From assembly GCF_006345805.1 (NCBI RefSeq), contig NC_043017.1, positions 3,596,001 to 3,660,000 on the forward strand: 64,000 nt of DNA, written 5' to 3'. Shown one piece after another: positions 59,095-64,000 of the stretch (position 1 is its first letter; every line of letters begins with the position of its first letter). Below the pieces are notes generated by a model, which was not told the DNA's origin, searched no databases, and saw only the letters and a list, made by a program, of their open reading frames with translations. The DNA is from Octopus sinensis. Taxonomy: Eukaryota. Both the position numbers and the translations under genes were made by a program.

Positions 59095-59230
59095 TCTACT
59101 CACACACTTCACAATGTCCCACCGCATTGCATGATATTAGCCCCAGACTCTTAACTCACCTGCGTCGAAGGTACTTAATCACACTCAGGTATGTCGTGAT
59201 GAAAATAGACCCTTAGCCAAATAGTTTCGA
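58426..59230 (-). promoter_or_regulatory. GA/CT-rich 5' flank with possible non-coding upstream exon and intron
   Basis: Long (GA)n/(CT)n tracts 58520-59095; minus-strand donor cgcAG|GTGAGT at 59160/59159; pyrimidine-rich acceptors ctccttgctag| (exon from 58426) and tttctttctag| (from 58413). Confidence 0.35.
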
Positions 59231-59786
59231 GTTGTCCATCCGTTTTTGCTCGGTGCACACAAATACGTGTATGTGTGTGAGTGTGTGTGTTTCTTTAGCT
59301 CACACACACACACACACACACGCACACACACACACACACACACATACGCACACACACTTATATATTTACCTATTACATATACACATGCACGTACAAACCA
59401 AATATACGTGCATACACTTACACCTATATATATATATATATATACGTGTGTGTGTATGTATGTATAAGTCAATACGTAGTTTATTCACTATGGTATGCAA
59501 CTGTATAGTAAGTCAAGGTATTATGTATGTATATACGTATATAAGTATATATGTATGTATGTATATATATAATTGTTCCCTTCAGCAACTGTGGGCTATG
59601 CGGTTTGCACGGTGTTAGGACTGTCTTTTGTGTTATTATAAATCTATATTTGCCGTTTATTTATTAGCAACAACTGTAGTCTAATTAAAAAATAGTTACT
59701 ACGCAACCCCTTCCCCCATCTCTACTATTCTTCTCTTCTCACTCACTCACTCTCTCTCTTTCTCTCTCTATGTATGTACACACACA

Positions 59787-59875
<89 letters not shown>

Positions 59876-60017
59876 GTATGTATCCTCTCTTCTCTCCATC
59901 TGTATATGTATATTACAATCCTCCCGTCTGTCTATATGTCTGACTGTCTGTCTATATGTCTGTTTGTCTGTCGGTCTGTCTCTCTCTCTCTCTCTCTCTC
60001 CACATCATAGTATGCCA

Positions 60018-60098
60018 TACTAGACCAGACTAGGCTAGGCCAGGCCAGGTGAGGCCAGGTGAGGCCAGGTGAGGCCAGGCAGGCCAGGCCTGACCAGA
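60018..60098. repeat. GC-rich pentamer/decamer repeat (AGGCC / GAGGCCAGGT)
   Basis: tagac cagac taggc taggc caggc caggt gaggc caggt gaggc caggt gaggc caggc... Confidence 0.85.
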
Positions 60099-60212
60099 GC
60101 TGTGGTTGGAACCATGGTTGTAAGTACATATACTAAAACACACACAAAAAGATACACACACTGAATCAGAAACTTACATACAGAACATATATATATATAC
60201 ATATTATATATA

Positions 60213-60244
<32 letters not shown>

Positions 60245-60276
60245 GCATGTATATATATATATATATATATATATAC

Positions 60277-60471
60277 TTTTACTTGTTATAGACATTTGAC
60301 TGTGGCCATGCTGGAGCACCGCCTCTAGTGGAGCAAATCAACCCAGTCTTATTCTAGCGGTACTTATTCTTTTGCCGAACCGCTAAGTTACGGTGACGTA
60401 AACACACAAGCATCGGGGACAAACACAGACACACAAACATATACACTCATACATACATACATACATATATA

Positions 60472-60521
<50 letters not shown>

Positions 60522-60642
60522 GACGGGCTTCTTTCAGTTTCTGTCTACCAAATCCACGTGTCCAAGGTGCCACGCAGTGGGATTGAACCCAGAAACATGT
60601 AGTTCGTAAGCAAGCTACTTACCACACAGCCACACCTACGCC
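60277..60642 (-). mobile_element. SINE family B with internal deletions
   Basis: Tail, body and head recognisable in reverse. Confidence 0.8.
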
Positions 60643-60706
60643 TATTATATATGTAATATATATATATATATATATATTACTATATATTATATATATATAT
60701 ATATAT

Positions 60707-60740
<34 letters not shown>

Positions 60741-61008
60741 AATAATGACAATGACAGTATAGTACAAATGGATACCAAACGTATACGCACGCATAGACAC
60801 GCACACTCATACAGGGGAGCTTGTGATCCCATATATATACACGCTTGTATTAGTAACTATGCAAACGCACCATAACCCTCAAAACGCAGGTTAGCATTTG
60901 TAACGAGGCCGAGGTATACACATGCAGGTACATACAGGTAGAAACATGCATAGGCATGCACATGGGAGACACCCAACCACCGAATCCCCTGTGCTTTCTA
61001 CATGTTAG

Positions 61009-61039
<31 letters not shown>

Positions 61040-61189
61040 GTATGTATGTATGTATGTATGTATGTATGTATGTATGTATGTATGTATGTATGTATGTATG
61101 TATGTATGTATGTATGCATGTATGTATGTATGTATGTGTGTGTGTGTATGCATGTATGTATGCATGCATGTATGTATGTATGTATGCGT

Positions 61190-61500
61190 GGTGGCGCAAT
61201 GGCTCAGAGGTTAGGGCAGCGGACTCGCAGTCGTAGGATCGCGGTTTCGATTCCCAGAACGGGCGTTGTGAGTGTTTATTGAGCGAAAACACCTAAAGCT
61301 CCACGATCCTCCGGCAGCGGGTGGTGGCGATCCCTGCTGTACTCTTTCACCACAACTTCCTCTCACTCTTTCTTCTGTTGGCCTGCTCGCTTAGCCAGCG
61401 GGGTGGCGTCTTTCGAAGGCTAAAAAGCAATGTGAAGCGCATGGTGACCAGCTGAGTGTAGCAACATCTGATGGCGTGGTCGGTCACGGTGATCACGGTG
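61190..61500 (+). mobile_element. SINE family C/D variant; inverted copy of its 3' part at 61789-61906
   Basis: Head shared with the 52970 copy; distinct 3' part ending ggtcacggtgatcacggt. Confidence 0.85.
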
Positions 61501-61654
61501 ATGTATGTATGTATGCATGTAAACAAGTGCAACACTAGAAATATATGCATGTATTTGCCTTCACCGTCCATTTCTTGCAGAATAATGAATGTATATACAT
61601 GCACACCATATATATACATTTGCATAATGTTATATATATATGTATAAATGCATG

Positions 61655-61687
<33 letters not shown>

Positions 61688-61744
61688 ATATGTATATATA
61701 TACGTATATATATATTATTAATATATATATAATATATATATATA

Positions 61745-61789
<45 letters not shown>

Positions 61790-61907
61790 CCGTGATCACC
61801 GTGACCGACCAGGCTATCAGATGTTGCTACACATCGCTGGTCACCATGCGCTTCGCATTGTTTTAGCCTTCAAATGACGCCACCCCGCTGGCTAAGCGAG
61901 CAGGCCG

Positions 61908-61971
<64 letters not shown>

Positions 61972-62875
61972 TATGTATATATACAAACACGTACACCATA
62001 TAGAAAGATACAGAGGCATACAATCATATGCATGTACATACACGTACAGCCGCATATATGAATCTATCTCATAGCTTCGTTGACTGTATAATAAATGTCC
62101 AGTGTCCAGTGTCCGCCTCCGACCCCATTCCTCGTTCCATCCTATGTTGATCCTGACTCCTCCCTCCCCGTTACTGGCAACCGTTATATTTAATGTTGAA
62201 GGCCCAAATCCCGTCGGGTGTCGGGTGGATGAGAAGAAAGCAGTGATTCTACTCTGCCATGTAAGTCACGTCCGATTCGTTTTGTTATTCGGACACAGGG
62301 AGAGTTAAATAGTTCATCCCTTGACAGGAATCCTCGGACCATACATGCGTACATACATACACACATACATACATACATACATACATACATACATACATAC
62401 ATACATACACACATACATACATACATACATACATACATACATACATACATACATACACACATGCATACATACACACATGCATACATACATACATATATGC
62501 ATACATACATACATACATTACATACATACATACATACATTACATACATACATACATACATACATTACATACATACATACATACATACATGCGTACATAAA
62601 TACATGCATATCAATATAAAAACACATATATGCAGGTATTAGCAAACAGCATGTGTTGCTATCTATCTATCTATCTATCTATCTATCTGTCTGTCTGTCT
62701 GTCTGTATGTATGTCTGTCTGCCTGTCTGTCTGTCTGCCTAATGCAATGATTGTATATTTGCATTTCTTTGTATCATTGTCTGTTTCTCTATTTCTGTCA
62801 CTCTCCGACTTATATGTGCGTGTGTATGTGTGTATGTATTCTTACAAACACACATACATATGCATACAAACGCAT

Positions 62876-63022
62876 TGGTAAGTAGCTTGCTTCCCAAGCA
62901 CATGGTTCCGGTTTCAGTCCCACTGCGTGGCACCTTGGGCAAGTGTCTTCAACTTTAGGCTTGGGACGACCAAAGCCTTGTGAGTGGATTTGGTAGACAG
63001 AAACTGAAAGAAGCCCATCGTA

Positions 63023-63055
<33 letters not shown>

Positions 63056-63273
63056 GTTTGTGCGTTTGTGTTTGTCCCCACAACATCGCTTGACAACCAA
63101 TGCTGCTGTGTTTACGTCCCCGTAAACTAGCGGTTCGGTAAAAAAGACCGATACAATAAGTACTAGGCTTACAAAGAATGAATTCTGGGTCGATTGGTTC
63201 GACAAAAGTTGATGCTCCAGCATGGCCGCAGTCAAATGGCTGAAAAGAAAAAAAAACGAATAAAAGAAAAGAG
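62876..63273 (+). mobile_element. SINE family B
   Basis: From ggtaagtagcttgcttccc to the tail taaaagaaaagag. Confidence 0.85.
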
Positions 63274-63294
63274 TATATATATACGTATATATGC

Positions 63295-63329
<35 letters not shown>

Positions 63330-63436
63330 TATATATATATACGTATACATGTATATGTATATATACTCTTTTACTCTTTTACTTGTTTCAGTCATTTGAC
63401 TGTAGCCATGCTGGAGCACCACCTTTTAAATCTGGC

Positions 63437-63509
63437 CTCCCCGGCGGGGGAATCCAACCCCGGTCTCCCGCGTGACAGGCGGGTATACTTACCACTATAC
63501 TACCGAGGA
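63437..63509 (-). tRNA. tRNA-Asp(GUC) sequence, probably a retroposed pseudogene or SINE head
   Basis: TCCTCGG TA GTAT AGTGGTAA GTAT A CCCGC CTGTCAC GCGGG AGAC CGGGG TTGGATT CCCCCG CCGGGGA G. Cloverleaf is recognisable, but the T-loop is TTGGATT instead of TTCGATT (B-box change), the T-stem has one extra C, and there is no T4 terminator. Confidence 0.85.
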
Positions 63510-63561
63510 GTATATATATATATATATATTTATGTATACGTATGTATATGTTTACGTATGT

Positions 63562-63603
<42 letters not shown>

Positions 63604-64000
63604 TTATATACATACACATATACGTACATACACACATATATATATATCGTAAAGCACATACAAACTTACATATACACATGAATGTTTTAGAACATGTTTA
63701 TATAGGGTAAATATCTACACACAAACACACACACACACACACACACGCACATGCTCATGCACATACATGTCGCGCACGCACACACATGTAAAGAAATGTA
63801 CGAGACGTTTCTTATCAAAGGTTACGACTTCTTACATTAGAAAGATAATCGTTTCATGAAGTCCTTTATCTTTGACACAATCTCGTTGCTACAGAAACAA
63901 GACACAATTCTGGAATTTTCACTCCGCCCCCTTATGCTCTGAGTTCAGTCCCCCATCATGGTTGACCTTGCCATTTATGTCTCTATCTACGTCAATAAAT

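Overview
Eukaryotic, AT-rich genomic DNA dense in microsatellites and SINEs; the repeat families and gene type point to an octopod cephalopod (inferred from memory, no search run). One protein-coding gene can be fully rebuilt on the minus strand: an 11-exon cytoplasmic intermediate filament (IF) gene of the long, lamin-like protostome type. Its CDS is join(complement 57825-58279, 32688-32874, 30289-30384, 26883-27047, 25667-25792, 20415-20635, 19059-19183, 17753-17883, 15728-15847, 13291-13404, 12504-12539), 1776 nt, 591 aa. All ten introns are GT-AG with matching phases, and intron 1 is about 25 kb. The rest is transposon relics (three or four tRNA-derived SINE families; Penelope-like, RTE, CR1, Tx1/L1, CRE, HERO-like, R4-like, BEL/Pao, mariner, hAT, Helitron) plus simple repeats. 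Almost all ORFs in the supplied track are microsatellite or SINE artefacts. The best second-look items are (1) a fully foldable type I hammerhead ribozyme behind a Penelope-like GIY-YIG domain, bracketed by a perfect 34-bp inverted repeat, (2) a full-length tRNA-Asp fused to a SINE 3' tail with a candidate TSD, i.e. a possible nascent SINE, (3) tail-to-tail inverted SINE pairs across microsatellites, and (4) possible alternative N- and C-termini of the IF gene. I see no clear multi-gene novel system. Repeat boundaries are by eye and approximate (about 10-20 bp) unless stated as exact.
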